From an uncultured delta proteobacterium (GTDB lineage: Bacteria > Myxococcota_A > Polyangia > Polyangiales > Ga0077539): a stretch of 61,583 nucleotides of DNA. The notes under the pieces were generated by a model. That model had not been told where the DNA came from. It was given only the letters and a program-made list of their open reading frames with translations, and made no database searches. Shown in pieces: positions 9,454-18,546 of the stretch (the first letter of the stretch is position 1; each line of letters opens with the position of its first letter). A program made the position numbers and the translations under genes. Where the stretch lies: the NCBI GenBank assembly GCA_903845045.1, contig CAIMWA010000683.1, positions 1 to 61,583 of the forward strand, written 5' to 3'.

Positions 9454-10269
9454 ATGACCTTCGCCCCCTCGAAGCTGTTCGCCGTCGTCCCGCTCTGGAT
9501 GCTCGCGTGTGCGCCGGCGTCGGTGCCGCTCCCGCCGTCCGATGGTGCCGCGCTCGGCGTCGACGTCGCCTCGACGACGGACGCCCCCGCGACGACATCG
9601 GACACCCCGGTCTCCGCGACGGACGCGCCCGCGACCCCGGGCGACACCGTCGTCGTCACGACGCCCGACGCTGGAACGCCGCCCGCGGACGTTCCGCTCG
9701 TCGAGATCGACGTGCCGCAGTGGGTCGACGACGTGCCCGTGACCACGGTGGACGTACCGGTGGTGGGCGTCGACGTGCGCCCGCCGCCCCCCGACGTGCC
9801 CGTGACCGGCGTCGACGTGCGTCCCCCGCCCCCCGACGTGCCCGTCGTCGACCCGACCTGCGGCAACACCGGACAGAACTGCTGCGCCACCGGCACGGCG
9901 TGTCGCGTGGCCGGCGAAGGCTGCCTCGATTGGGGCTGGGGTCGCGTGTGCGGCGCGTGCGGCGGCGCGGGACAGACGTGCTGCCCGGGCAATTCCTGCA
10001 GCGGCGGCGGGTCCTGCGTGTCGCTTCTCAACGGGGGGTTGTCGTCCTGCGCCGTGGCGTCGGCGCGCGCCGAGACGCCGGGCGGAAGCTGCACGCGACC
10101 GGGCATGGCCTGCGGCGCCGGGGCCGGGACCGCGTGCGTGTCGCAGGGCTTCGTGCGGGCCGTGTGCGTTTCCTGCGGCACCCGCGGCCTCCCGTGCTGC
10201 TGGGGCGGCGGCTGCACCGGTGGATCGACGTGCATGGGCTCCAACGGCTCGGTGCTCGTCTGCCGGTGA
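9454..10269 (+). CDS. Cys-rich lipoprotein with D/V/P/T-rich linker
   Basis: Lipobox-like MLAC, tandem VDVRPPPPDVPV repeat, and repeated 'CG..GQ.CC' modules. Confidence 0.7.
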   Translation: MTFAPSKLFAVVPLWMLACAPASVPLPPSDGAALGVDVASTTDAPATTSDTPVSATDAPATPGDTVVVTTPDAGTPPADVPLVEIDVPQWVDDVPVTTVDVPVVGVDVRPPPPDVPVTGVDVRPPPPDVPVVDPTCGNTGQNCCATGTACRVAGEGCLDWGWGRVCGACGGAGQTCCPGNSCSGGGSCVSLLNGGLSSCAVASARAETPGGSCTRPGMACGAGAGTACVSQGFVRAVCVSCGTRGLPCCWGGGCTGGSTCMGSNGSVLVCR

Positions 10270-10349
10270 CCGAGGCGCCTCGGCGCGCCCGAGGTGCGGT
10301 ACCGTGACCCCATCGCCCGGACGGCTCCGGGCATGGAGGTTTTGCCCCG

Positions 10350-11075
10350 ATGGTTCGCGCACGACGCCCTGCCCTGCTCTTCTTCGTGACCACCGCGTGC
10401 CTCGCGGGGTGCGGAGACGGCACCGCGACGCCCGCCGATGCCGCCGCCGTCGTCGATGTGTCGTCCGCCGACGTTCCCCGGGACACCGGCTCCACGCCCC
10501 CGGTGGACGTTGCGACGACGGACACCCCGGTCACCGACGCGGCGGTCTCGTCCGATGCCGTCACGACGGATGCGGCGGTCCTCGATGTGCCGCGGGTCGA
10601 TGTGCCCGCGACCGACGCGCCGGGCGCCGACGTGGTGACCGCCGACCGCACCGCCGTCGACGCCCCGGCCCCCAACGACGTCCCCGCGACCGGCGCTTCC
10701 TGCGGCACGCGCGGGACCGGGCCGTGCCCGTCGGGGCAGTTCTGCAACTACGCCCCGGCGGCGGCATGCGGAACCTTCGACGCGCCGGGCACCTGCACCG
10801 CGATCCCGACGGCGTGCACCCGCGAGTACGTGCCCGTGTGCGGCTGCGACGGCATGACCTACGGCAACGCGTGCACCGCCGCGGCCGCCAGCGTGGGCGT
10901 GCGCTCCCTCGGCGCCTGCGCCGACGACGCCGGCACCCCGCAGGACTCCGCGTCGAGCGACGCGCCCCCGGCCGACTGCCGCACTTCCGGCTGCGCTGGA
11001 ACGAGCACCTGCCAGGCCTGCCGCGGCGTCGGCGGCGTGGTCTACGCCTGCATCCCCTCCGGCGCCGCCTGCTGA
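10350..11075 (+). CDS. Lipoprotein with Kazal-type protease-inhibitor domain
   Basis: Lipobox LAGC; Kazal signature C-TREYVPVCGCDGMTYGNAC. Confidence 0.75.
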   Translation: MVRARRPALLFFVTTACLAGCGDGTATPADAAAVVDVSSADVPRDTGSTPPVDVATTDTPVTDAAVSSDAVTTDAAVLDVPRVDVPATDAPGADVVTADRTAVDAPAPNDVPATGASCGTRGTGPCPSGQFCNYAPAAACGTFDAPGTCTAIPTACTREYVPVCGCDGMTYGNACTAAAASVGVRSLGACADDAGTPQDSASSDAPPADCRTSGCAGTSTCQACRGVGGVVYACIPSGAAC

Positions 11076-11117
11076 GGGGGACGACAAACGCTCCCCGGGT
11101 TCGTACTCTCCGCCCCG

Positions 11118-11882
11118 ATGGCACTCGAAGTCACCCCGGTTCCCTGTCTCGAGGACAACTACGCCTACGTGCTGCGCTGCACCGCGACCGGTGCGTGCGC
11201 CGTGGTCGACCCCTCCGACGCCGACGTCGTGCTCGCCGCGCTGCGAGCCCTCGACGCGCGGCCGTCGATGATCCTCAACACCCACCACCACCTGGACCAC
11301 GTCGCGGGCAACGAGGCCCTCGCCGCTGCGTTTCCGGGCATCGCCGTCATCGCGCACGTGAGCGACCGCGGGCGCGTTCCCGCGCAGACCGCGAGCGTCG
11401 AGAACTTCGACAAGGTCTCCCTCGGCGACGTCACGCTGCAGGCGATGCACGTTCCCGGGCACTCCCTCGGCGACGTCGCCTGGGCGGCCCCGGACGCGGC
11501 GTTCACCGGCGACACGCTGTTCCTCGCGGGCTGCGGCCGGATCTTCGAGGGCCACCCGCAGATGATGCTCACGTCCCTCGACCGCCTCGCGACGGAGCTC
11601 GACCCGCGCACGCGGATCTACTGCGGCCACGAGTACACCGTGAAGAACCTCCGCTTCGCGCTCACCGTGGAGCCCGGGAGCGCCGACCTCGTCGAGGCGC
11701 TGCGCTTCGCCGAGTCGCAGCGCGCGGCCGGCACGCCGACGGTGCCGCACACCCTCGCCAACGAGCTCCGCACGAACCCGTTTCTCCGCTGCGACGACGA
11801 CGCCTTCGCCGACGCCATCGGCGTGCGCGGCGGACCGCTCGCGGTCTTCACGCACCTCCGCGAGCTTCGCAACGCGTTCTGA
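11118..11882 (+). CDS. gloB: Hydroxyacylglutathione hydrolase (glyoxalase II)
   Basis: DNYAY, THHHLDH, GDTLF.AGCGR, YCGHEYT and E..TNPFLR motifs. Confidence 0.9.
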   Translation: MALEVTPVPCLEDNYAYVLRCTATGACAVVDPSDADVVLAALRALDARPSMILNTHHHLDHVAGNEALAAAFPGIAVIAHVSDRGRVPAQTASVENFDKVSLGDVTLQAMHVPGHSLGDVAWAAPDAAFTGDTLFLAGCGRIFEGHPQMMLTSLDRLATELDPRTRIYCGHEYTVKNLRFALTVEPGSADLVEALRFAESQRAAGTPTVPHTLANELRTNPFLRCDDDAFADAIGVRGGPLAVFTHLRELRNAF

Positions 11883-11896
11883 GCGCCGCGGGCTCG

Positions 11897-12373
11897 CTAC
11901 GGCTTCGGGAGCGGCAGCGAGCCCAGCGCGATGGCCGCGTTGGTGTACGCCGGGTCGTCGGTGACCTCGTCGGTCACCCACGCCGGCGACGTGAACTCCT
12001 CGTCGGGGTCATCGAGCTCGACCTCGGCGATCCAGAGCCCCTCGTAGCGCCCGTGGTACTGGTCGAGGTCCCAGACGTGCGAGCCCGCGAGCACGCGGTA
12101 CCTCGTCTTGCGCAGCGTCGCGACGCACAGCGGGACCATCGCCCGCGCGTCCTCCACGGGGATCGCGTACTCGAACTCCGCGCGCTGGATGCCGCCCGGT
12201 CCCTTCACCGTGATCCACGCCTCGGTGGGTGAGCCCGGGCGCTCGCTCACGCGCACGCGCACCGTCGGCGACAGCGAGAGGTAGCCCTGCACGAAGCCCG
12301 CGCCGTCGCGCAACGCCTCCCGGGGGATGCGCGCAGCATCGACCAGGAACTTTCGTTCGATCTCGGTCCCCAT
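11897..12373 (-). CDS. CYTH-domain protein (triphosphate tunnel metalloenzyme / CyaB-like)
   Basis: EIERKFLV (ExExK), QGYL, EFEY.IP and AEVEL motifs. Confidence 0.9.
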   Translation of the reverse strand: MGTEIERKFLVDAARIPREALRDGAGFVQGYLSLSPTVRVRVSERPGSPTEAWITVKGPGGIQRAEFEYAIPVEDARAMVPLCVATLRKTRYRVLAGSHVWDLDQYHGRYEGLWIAEVELDDPDEEFTSPAWVTDEVTDDPAYTNAAIALGSLPLPKP

Positions 12374-12461
12374 AGGTTGCGCCGACGATACACCCGCGGC
12401 CCCGCGCGAGGGCATCCGGCCTCCCGCGCCCGCGCGCGCCGTGCGAACCTCCGCCGCGCCC

Positions 12462-13862
12462 ATGCACCTCCCCGGATGGCTCTCGAACGCGCTCCCCATC
12501 GTCCTGCTGCTCGCCGCCGTGGGCGCCGTCGTCGCGCGGCTGCCGAAGGTGGACGTCGGACACTCCGAGGCCTTCAAGCGCCGGCGCGTCGCGAACTGGC
12601 TACCGCTCGGGCTGACATACGCGTTCCTGTATTTCGGGCGCTACAACCTCTCGGCCATCGTCGATCAGCTCGAGCACGCGCACCTGCTCACCAAGGCGCA
12701 GTTCGGCGACATCGACGGCGTCGGCGCGCTCACCTACGGCGTCGCGTTCCTCGTCAACGGACCGCTCACGGACCGCTTCGGCGGGCGCGCCACGCTCCTC
12801 GCCGCCGCGGGCGGATCGGCCGTCGTGAACCTCGTGCTGGCGTACGCCGTCGCCCACGCCGCGCAGGACCCCGACGCGTTCCACCGCACGCTGCTCCTCG
12901 CCAACGCGGCGAACATGTACTTCCAGAGCTTCGGCGCGGTCTCCATCGTGAAGGTGAACGCGCCGTGGTTCCACGTGCGCGAGCGCGGCATGCTCGGCGG
13001 GCTCTTCGGCATCCTCATCTCGCTGGGGCTCTATTTCGCCTACGACTGGGCCAAGAACCTCGCCGTGGCGTTCGGCCTCGCGGCGGCGTTCTGGGTGCCC
13101 GCGCTGGTGCTCGCGGCGTGCTTCGTGGCGGCCTTCGTGCTCATCCGCGACACGCCCTCGGACGCCGGCTTCGCGGACTTCGACACCGGCGACGCGACCA
13201 GCGGCGAGACCGGTCCGACGCCGCTCGGCGAGGTGGTGAAGCGCATGTTGTCGCAGCGCGCGGTGCTGCTCATCGTGGCCATCGAGTTCTGCTCGGGCTT
13301 CCTGCGCCAGGGCGTGATGAAGTGGTACCGGCTCTTCGCCAAGGCCGTCGGCGAGGACCACGGCTTCGTCTACGCGAACTGGGGCATGCTGCTCTGCGTG
13401 GCGGGCATCCTCGGCGGCGTCTTCGCCGGGTCCATCTCGGACCACGTCTTCCAGTCGCGGCGCGGACCGGTCGCGGCGGTGCTCTACGGAGGGCTGCTCC
13501 TCGGCGCCGGCGTGGCCCTCGCGACGCTGGGAATGCCCTTGCTCGGGTGGTCCATGGTGTTCATGTCGCTGTGCGTGATCGGCGTGCACGGCATGCTCTC
13601 GGGCACGGCCTCCATGGACTTCGGCGGCACCCGCAACGCGGGCCTCGTCACCGGCGTCATCGACGGCTTCGTGTACCTCGGCTCGGCGGCGCAGGCCTTC
13701 CTCTACGGGCACCTGCTGCCCGGCACGCACGACCCCGCCGCCCACGACCCCACCGCGTGGCGCGTGTGGCCGGGCACCATGATCGGCGTCGCCGTCGTGG
13801 GCCTCGCGCTCTGCTCCCGCGTCTGGAACGCCCGCCCCCGCAGCGCCTCCGCCGCGCACTGA
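12462..13862 (+). CDS. MFS transporter, GlpT/organophosphate:Pi antiporter-like
   Basis: About 12 hydrophobic segments; 'YFGRYNLS', 'GPLTDRFGGR', 'WFHVRERG' and 'SISDHVF' motifs. Confidence 0.85.
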   Translation: MHLPGWLSNALPIVLLLAAVGAVVARLPKVDVGHSEAFKRRRVANWLPLGLTYAFLYFGRYNLSAIVDQLEHAHLLTKAQFGDIDGVGALTYGVAFLVNGPLTDRFGGRATLLAAAGGSAVVNLVLAYAVAHAAQDPDAFHRTLLLANAANMYFQSFGAVSIVKVNAPWFHVRERGMLGGLFGILISLGLYFAYDWAKNLAVAFGLAAAFWVPALVLAACFVAAFVLIRDTPSDAGFADFDTGDATSGETGPTPLGEVVKRMLSQRAVLLIVAIEFCSGFLRQGVMKWYRLFAKAVGEDHGFVYANWGMLLCVAGILGGVFAGSISDHVFQSRRGPVAAVLYGGLLLGAGVALATLGMPLLGWSMVFMSLCVIGVHGMLSGTASMDFGGTRNAGLVTGVIDGFVYLGSAAQAFLYGHLLPGTHDPAAHDPTAWRVWPGTMIGVAVVGLALCSRVWNARPRSASAAH

Positions 13863-13878
13863 ACGCAGGCCCGCAGCG

Positions 13879-15630
13879 ATGACCCCGCCCGCCGTCGCGC
13901 GCCGTCTTCCGTGGATCACCGCCGCGCTCTGCGTCGCGGGATGGTGCGTGCTCGCGTGGAGCTTCGTCGCGCCGGGCCGCAACGTCGGTAACGACTTCTC
14001 GTACTTCTTTCCGCGGCTCCTCGACCTCGCGTGGTGGCGCTGGACCAACGGCCTCCTCGCCGTGCCCTGGTTCTCGCCGTCGTTCTGCGGCGGCCTCCCG
14101 ATCTTCGCCGACGGCCAGGACCTCTCCTACGCCCTGCCCGGTCTCCTCGCCCCGTGGGTCGACCCGCGCGTCGCCGTGTACGTCACCGCCGTGGTCTTCG
14201 CGCTCCTCGGTGGAGCGGGCTTCGCGCGGCTGCTCTCGCGGTGCTTCGGTGCCAGCGCCCCGACGGCGCTCCTCGGCGGCGTGGTGGTCGCCCTCAACGG
14301 GGCGTTCACCGCGCGCTTCCTCGCGGGGCACCTCGCGTACCACGGCATGATGGCGATCCCCTGGGCCTGCGACGCCGTGCTCGCGCCGCTGCCCGACGCG
14401 GGCCCCGCGCGAACCCGCGCCTTCGTACGCGACGCGTGCGTGGCCGCCCTCGCGCTGGGCTACGTGGTGTGGGGCGGGCTGCTCAACCTCTGCGTTCCGC
14501 TCTTCATGGGAGCGGCCGCGGTGATGCTCGCGCAGCACCTCGCGCGCGGCGGATCGATGCGCGGCAAGCTCCTGCGCCTCGTCGTCGGCGGGCTCCTCGC
14601 GCTCGCCCTCGGGGCCGCCAAGGGCGCTGCCTTCGCCGCGTATTTCTCGCACTTTCCGCGCGACGGGTACCCGCTGCCGGGCATCCCCGGCGTGGGGCGC
14701 ACGGTGCTCGCGGCGGCGCAGTCGGTGTTCGGCGTCGGCGAGCCGTGGCAGACGCCCGTCGCCAACGCCCGCTGGGTCATCGAGCCCCACGAGTGGGACT
14801 ACGCCGTCGGACCGATCCCCGCCATCGGCCTCGTCGCTCTCGCCGTGCACGCGCTGCGCACCCGTCTGCGACCGCGCACGACGGCCGCGTGGGCACAGCT
14901 CGCGGCGCTGGCGTTGCTCCTCGCCGCGCCCATCGCCATCAACGTCTACACGCCGTCCTGGAACGCCTTTCTCAAGCGCATTCCGGTGCTCTCGTCGAGC
15001 AGTCACCTGGTGCGCTGGTGGCTCGCATACCTCTTCGCCGCGCCGCTCGGCGTGCTGGCCCTGGAGCGCGTGTCCGCCCCGCGGCGCCCGGTCATCGCAT
15101 CGCTCGCGATGACCGCGGTGCTCGCGCTCGTGGTGCTGCGTCCGCGCCCCGACACGTTGGTGGCCCGGTACAACCCCGACGACGTCGTCGCCGCGTGGCA
15201 CGCGCATCACCCGCGGGCCGTGCGCGAGCTCACGGGCTTCAAGGCCCGCACGCTGCAGCGCAACTCGGCGCTCGTGCGCGGGGCGTCGCAGCTCCATTGC
15301 TACGAGCCCGCCTTCGGCTACGCCCGCGAGCGCTTCCCCCGCGGCGCCCTCCACGAAGGACCGCTCGGCGACGCCCCGCCCGGCACGCTCAACCTGAAGA
15401 ACCCCGCGTGCTACCTGTGGCCCGCGGAGACCGGCTACGCGCCGGGGTCGCCGTTCACCGTCGCGCAGGTGCCGCAGGCCCGCGCGTTCGTCACGCGCCA
15501 CCGCTGGACCTTCGCGACGTCGTCCCGTCAGCGCGTCGCGTGGGCCGTCACGGCGGCGGCGTGGGCGGCGCTCTTCGGTGCGCTGCTCTGGCTCGCGCGT
15601 CCGCTCAGGCCCACTCCATCTCCGCGGTGA
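13879..15630 (+). CDS. Polytopic membrane protein, GT-C-fold glycosyltransferase-like (YfhO-like)
   Basis: Early 'ND' acidic loop, 'PWFSP.FCGGLP.FAD', many TM segments, a periplasmic C-domain and a final TM. Confidence 0.6.
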   Translation: MTPPAVARRLPWITAALCVAGWCVLAWSFVAPGRNVGNDFSYFFPRLLDLAWWRWTNGLLAVPWFSPSFCGGLPIFADGQDLSYALPGLLAPWVDPRVAVYVTAVVFALLGGAGFARLLSRCFGASAPTALLGGVVVALNGAFTARFLAGHLAYHGMMAIPWACDAVLAPLPDAGPARTRAFVRDACVAALALGYVVWGGLLNLCVPLFMGAAAVMLAQHLARGGSMRGKLLRLVVGGLLALALGAAKGAAFAAYFSHFPRDGYPLPGIPGVGRTVLAAAQSVFGVGEPWQTPVANARWVIEPHEWDYAVGPIPAIGLVALAVHALRTRLRPRTTAAWAQLAALALLLAAPIAINVYTPSWNAFLKRIPVLSSSSHLVRWWLAYLFAAPLGVLALERVSAPRRPVIASLAMTAVLALVVLRPRPDTLVARYNPDDVVAAWHAHHPRAVRELTGFKARTLQRNSALVRGASQLHCYEPAFGYARERFPRGALHEGPLGDAPPGTLNLKNPACYLWPAETGYAPGSPFTVAQVPQARAFVTRHRWTFATSSRQRVAWAVTAAAWAALFGALLWLARPLRPTPSPR

Positions 15631-16975
15631 AGTGCCGCAGGTACTTGCTCTGCTTGGCGATGCGCACGCCGCGGATGGAGCGCGCCTTGGCCTTCACCTC
15701 GACGAGCACCTCGGCGGCGAAATCGAAGTGGCTCTGCGTGTACATGCGCCGCGGGAACGCCAGCCGCACGAGCTCCATCGGGTGGTACGTCTCGGTGCCG
15801 TCGTCGAGGCGCTTGCCGAACATCACCGAGCCGATCTCGACGCCTCGGATTCCGCCCTCGAGATAGAGCGCGTTGCAGAGCGCCCACGCGGGGTAGTGCG
15901 CCGCGGGCATCTCGGGCAGCACGGTCTTCGCGTCGAGGTACACCGCATGGCCGCCGGTGGGCTTCACGAAGCCGATGCCCGCGGCCTCGAGCTTCTCGCC
16001 GAGGTACTCCGCGGTGCGCAGGCGGTAGCGGAGATAGGCCTCGTCCATGCCCTCTTCGAGGCCCACGGCGAGGGCCTCGAGGTCGCGCCCCGCGAGGCCG
16101 CCGTAGGTCGGAAAACCCTCGGTGAGGATGAGCATGTTGCGCACCGCCTCGAGCCAGCGGTCGTCGCGCAGCATGATGAAGCCGCCGATGTTCACCATGC
16201 CGTCCTTCTTGGCGCTCATGGTGCAGCCGTCGGCGTAGCTGAACATCTCCTGGCAGATCGCCCGCACCGGGGTGTTGGTGTAGCCGGGCTCGCGCAGCTT
16301 GATGAACATCGCGTTCTCGGCGAAGCGGCACACGTCCATGACGAGCGGCTTGCCATGGCGCTTGAGCAGCGCGGCGTAGGCGCGGATGTTCGCCATGGAG
16401 ACGGGCTGTCCGCCGCCGGTGTTGTTCGTCACCGTGATCATGCCGAAGGGCACGCGGTCGCCCTCGCGGGTGAGCAGCTCGTCGGCCCGCGCGAGGTCGA
16501 TGTTGCCCTTGAACGGATGCAGCGTCGCGGGCTGCAGCCCCTCGGCGATGACGAGGTCCACGGCCTCGACGCCGTTGAACTCGAGGTTCGCGCGGGTGGT
16601 GTCGAAGTGGCAGTTGTTCGGCACCACGTCGCCGCGCTTGCACACCGCGGTGAAGAGCACGCGCTCGGCGGCGCGCCCTTGGTGCGTCGGCACGAGGTGC
16701 TCCATGCCCGTGATGTCGCGAAGCACCGACTGCAATCGAAAGAAGCTGCGCGCGCCGGCGTAGCTCTCGTCGCCGACCATGATCGCGCCCCACTGCGCCG
16801 AGCTCATGGCGCCGGTGCCCGAGTCCGTCAGCCAGTCGAGGAGCACGTCCTCGGCGCGCAGCTTGAAGACGTTGAGCTTCGCCTCCTCGAGCAGCGCGAG
16901 GCGCTCGGCGGAGCTCGTCATGCGGATGGGCTCCACCGACTTGATGCGGAACGGTTCGATCATCGTGCGCGGCAT
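15605..16975 (-). CDS. tnaA: Tryptophanase (PLP beta-eliminating lyase)
   Basis: IEPFRIKSVE, DWLTDSGT and PLP-Lys MSAKKDG. FDTT and LRHFT match tryptophanase rather than tyrosine phenol-lyase (FTTT, LRFFT). Confidence 0.88.
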   Translation of the reverse strand: MPRTMIEPFRIKSVEPIRMTSSAERLALLEEAKLNVFKLRAEDVLLDWLTDSGTGAMSSAQWGAIMVGDESYAGARSFFRLQSVLRDITGMEHLVPTHQGRAAERVLFTAVCKRGDVVPNNCHFDTTRANLEFNGVEAVDLVIAEGLQPATLHPFKGNIDLARADELLTREGDRVPFGMITVTNNTGGGQPVSMANIRAYAALLKRHGKPLVMDVCRFAENAMFIKLREPGYTNTPVRAICQEMFSYADGCTMSAKKDGMVNIGGFIMLRDDRWLEAVRNMLILTEGFPTYGGLAGRDLEALAVGLEEGMDEAYLRYRLRTAEYLGEKLEAAGIGFVKPTGGHAVYLDAKTVLPEMPAAHYPAWALCNALYLEGGIRGVEIGSVMFGKRLDDGTETYHPMELVRLAFPRRMYTQSHFDFAAEVLVEVKAKARSIRGVRIAKQSKYLRHFTAEMEWA

Positions 16976-17042
16976 GCGTGGTCTCCTGCGCCGGCCACGC
17001 TACGCCGCCCGCCAAGCCCGCTGCGGCCCCGCGCAAATTTCA

Positions 17043-17174
17043 CGGGGACGGTTTCAACAAGTTGCCATTCCGGTGAGACCGGAATTCATCGCGTGCGAAA
17101 TGCTCGAAACAAAGCATTTCGTCTCGAGGAAATTCCGGTGACACCGGAACATTGAATTGTTGAAACCGTCCCCG
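17043..17174. repeat. 132-bp symmetric element: 18-bp perfect terminal inverted repeats enclosing three palindromes
   Basis: CGGGGACGGTTTCAACAA (17043-17060) / TTGTTGAAACCGTCCCCG (17157-17174). Internal ATTCCGGT-gag-ACCGGAAT, CGAAATGCT-N8-AGCATTTCG and TTCCGGT-gac-ACCGGAA. Confidence 0.9.
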
Positions 17175-17182
17175 GGCGGGGG

Positions 17183-18022
17183 TCAGAGCACGAAGGTCTG
17201 CCCCTCGTAGCCGGCGCACACGGGCATCGACGGCGACGTGTCGCGGAGCAACTGCGCGACGATGCCCTCGAGGGTGGCGTCGTCGTGGTCCGGGTCGTGG
17301 TGGAAGAGCACCATCTGCCGGGCCTCGACGAGCTCAGCGAACTCCACGGCCCGCGCGAAGGTGCTGTGCCCCCAGCCGACGCGCGAGGCGTACTGCCTCT
17401 CGGTGTACTGCCCGTCGTGGATGAGCAGGTCCGTCTCCCGCGCGAGCCTCGTGCCCGTCGTCCAGCCCCCGCGCAGCAGCGGACCGCGCAGGCCCAACGC
17501 CGGCTCGTGGTCAGGGAGGTAGGTGACCGCGCGGCCCTCCTCGGCGATGCGGAAGCCCACCGTGGGACCGGGGTGGCACACCAGCGACGAGTCGACGCTG
17601 AAGGGCCCGATGCGCTCGTTCACGCACGGCACCTCGTGCACCGTGAGACGGCACGGAAGGTCGCGCAGCCGCACCGGAAAGAGCGGCGGGGACATGTACC
17701 GCCCGAGCCGCGAGCGCAGCGACTCCGACGGCGACGGCGGACCCCACACGTGCACCTCGAGCCCCGGCACGTAGAACGGCGCGAAGAACCCGAGCCCCTG
17801 GATGTGGTCCATGTGCAGGTGCGAGAGCAGCACGTCGACGCGGCGGGTCGTGCCTGGAATGGTCCGACCCAGGTTGCGCACGCCGGTGCCCGCGTCGAGC
17901 ACCAGCACGTGCTCGCCGTCGCCGCTGCGCACCTCGACGCAGACCGTGTTGCCGCCGTAGCGCGCGGTCTCGGGCCCCGGCGTCGCCAGCGAGCCCCGGG
18001 TGCCCCAGAGGCGGACCTTCAC
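17183..18022 (-). CDS. MBL-fold metallo-hydrolase (phosphodiesterase-like)
   Basis: WGTRGS, YGGNT.CVEV, LDAGTG, SHLHMDHIQG (HxHxDH), GWGHS and FHHDP motifs. Confidence 0.85.
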   Translation of the reverse strand: MKVRLWGTRGSLATPGPETARYGGNTVCVEVRSGDGEHVLVLDAGTGVRNLGRTIPGTTRRVDVLLSHLHMDHIQGLGFFAPFYVPGLEVHVWGPPSPSESLRSRLGRYMSPPLFPVRLRDLPCRLTVHEVPCVNERIGPFSVDSSLVCHPGPTVGFRIAEEGRAVTYLPDHEPALGLRGPLLRGGWTTGTRLARETDLLIHDGQYTERQYASRVGWGHSTFARAVEFAELVEARQMVLFHHDPDHDDATLEGIVAQLLRDTSPSMPVCAGYEGQTFVL

Positions 18023-18417
18023 TTGCCGGGCCCTTCCCAGAGCAGCGCGAGCGCCCCGAGAAAGCGGCCGGCCTGGCCCGCCAGCGGCATCGCCGTGAGC
18101 AGCAGGTGCCGACGCTGGCCGTCGGCGCTGGTGATCCAGAACTCGCCGTGCGCGGGGTGCCGCGTGCGCAGCGCCATCACGAGCGGAAGCGACTCCACCG
18201 GGAGCGGCACGCCGTCGGCGCCGGTGGGCTCGAAGCGCGTGCCCCAGGCCTCCACGGACAGCTCGCCGGTCTCCTCGAAGCGCTGCCCCAGCAGCACCTC
18301 CGCGGGCTCGTTGTAGAACAGCAGGGTGCCGCGGGGATCGACGAGGAACGCCGGCGTCGCGAGGTAGCTCGCGAGCTGCCGCGTCAGGATGATCTCCACT
18401 TCCTTCTGCACTTCCAT
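18019..18417 (-). CDS. Stand-alone PAS-domain protein
   Basis: 'PAFLVDPRGTLLFYNEPAEVLLG' PAS N-terminal motif; stop overlaps the MBL gene start. Confidence 0.8.
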   Translation of the reverse strand: MEVQKEVEIILTRQLASYLATPAFLVDPRGTLLFYNEPAEVLLGQRFEETGELSVEAWGTRFEPTGADGVPLPVESLPLVMALRTRHPAHGEFWITSADGQRRHLLLTAMPLAGQAGRFLGALALLWEGPGK

Positions 18418-18546
18418 CGAGGCCCCTTTTGCGACGAGGCTACCCTCGGCCGCGGGGCCATGTCGAACTCCTGGGTGATGTCGGCGACTTCCAAGGGCTT
18501 CGCCACGCCGGGGCGTCTGGAGTAGGGTCGCGCCCCGACAGCACCG

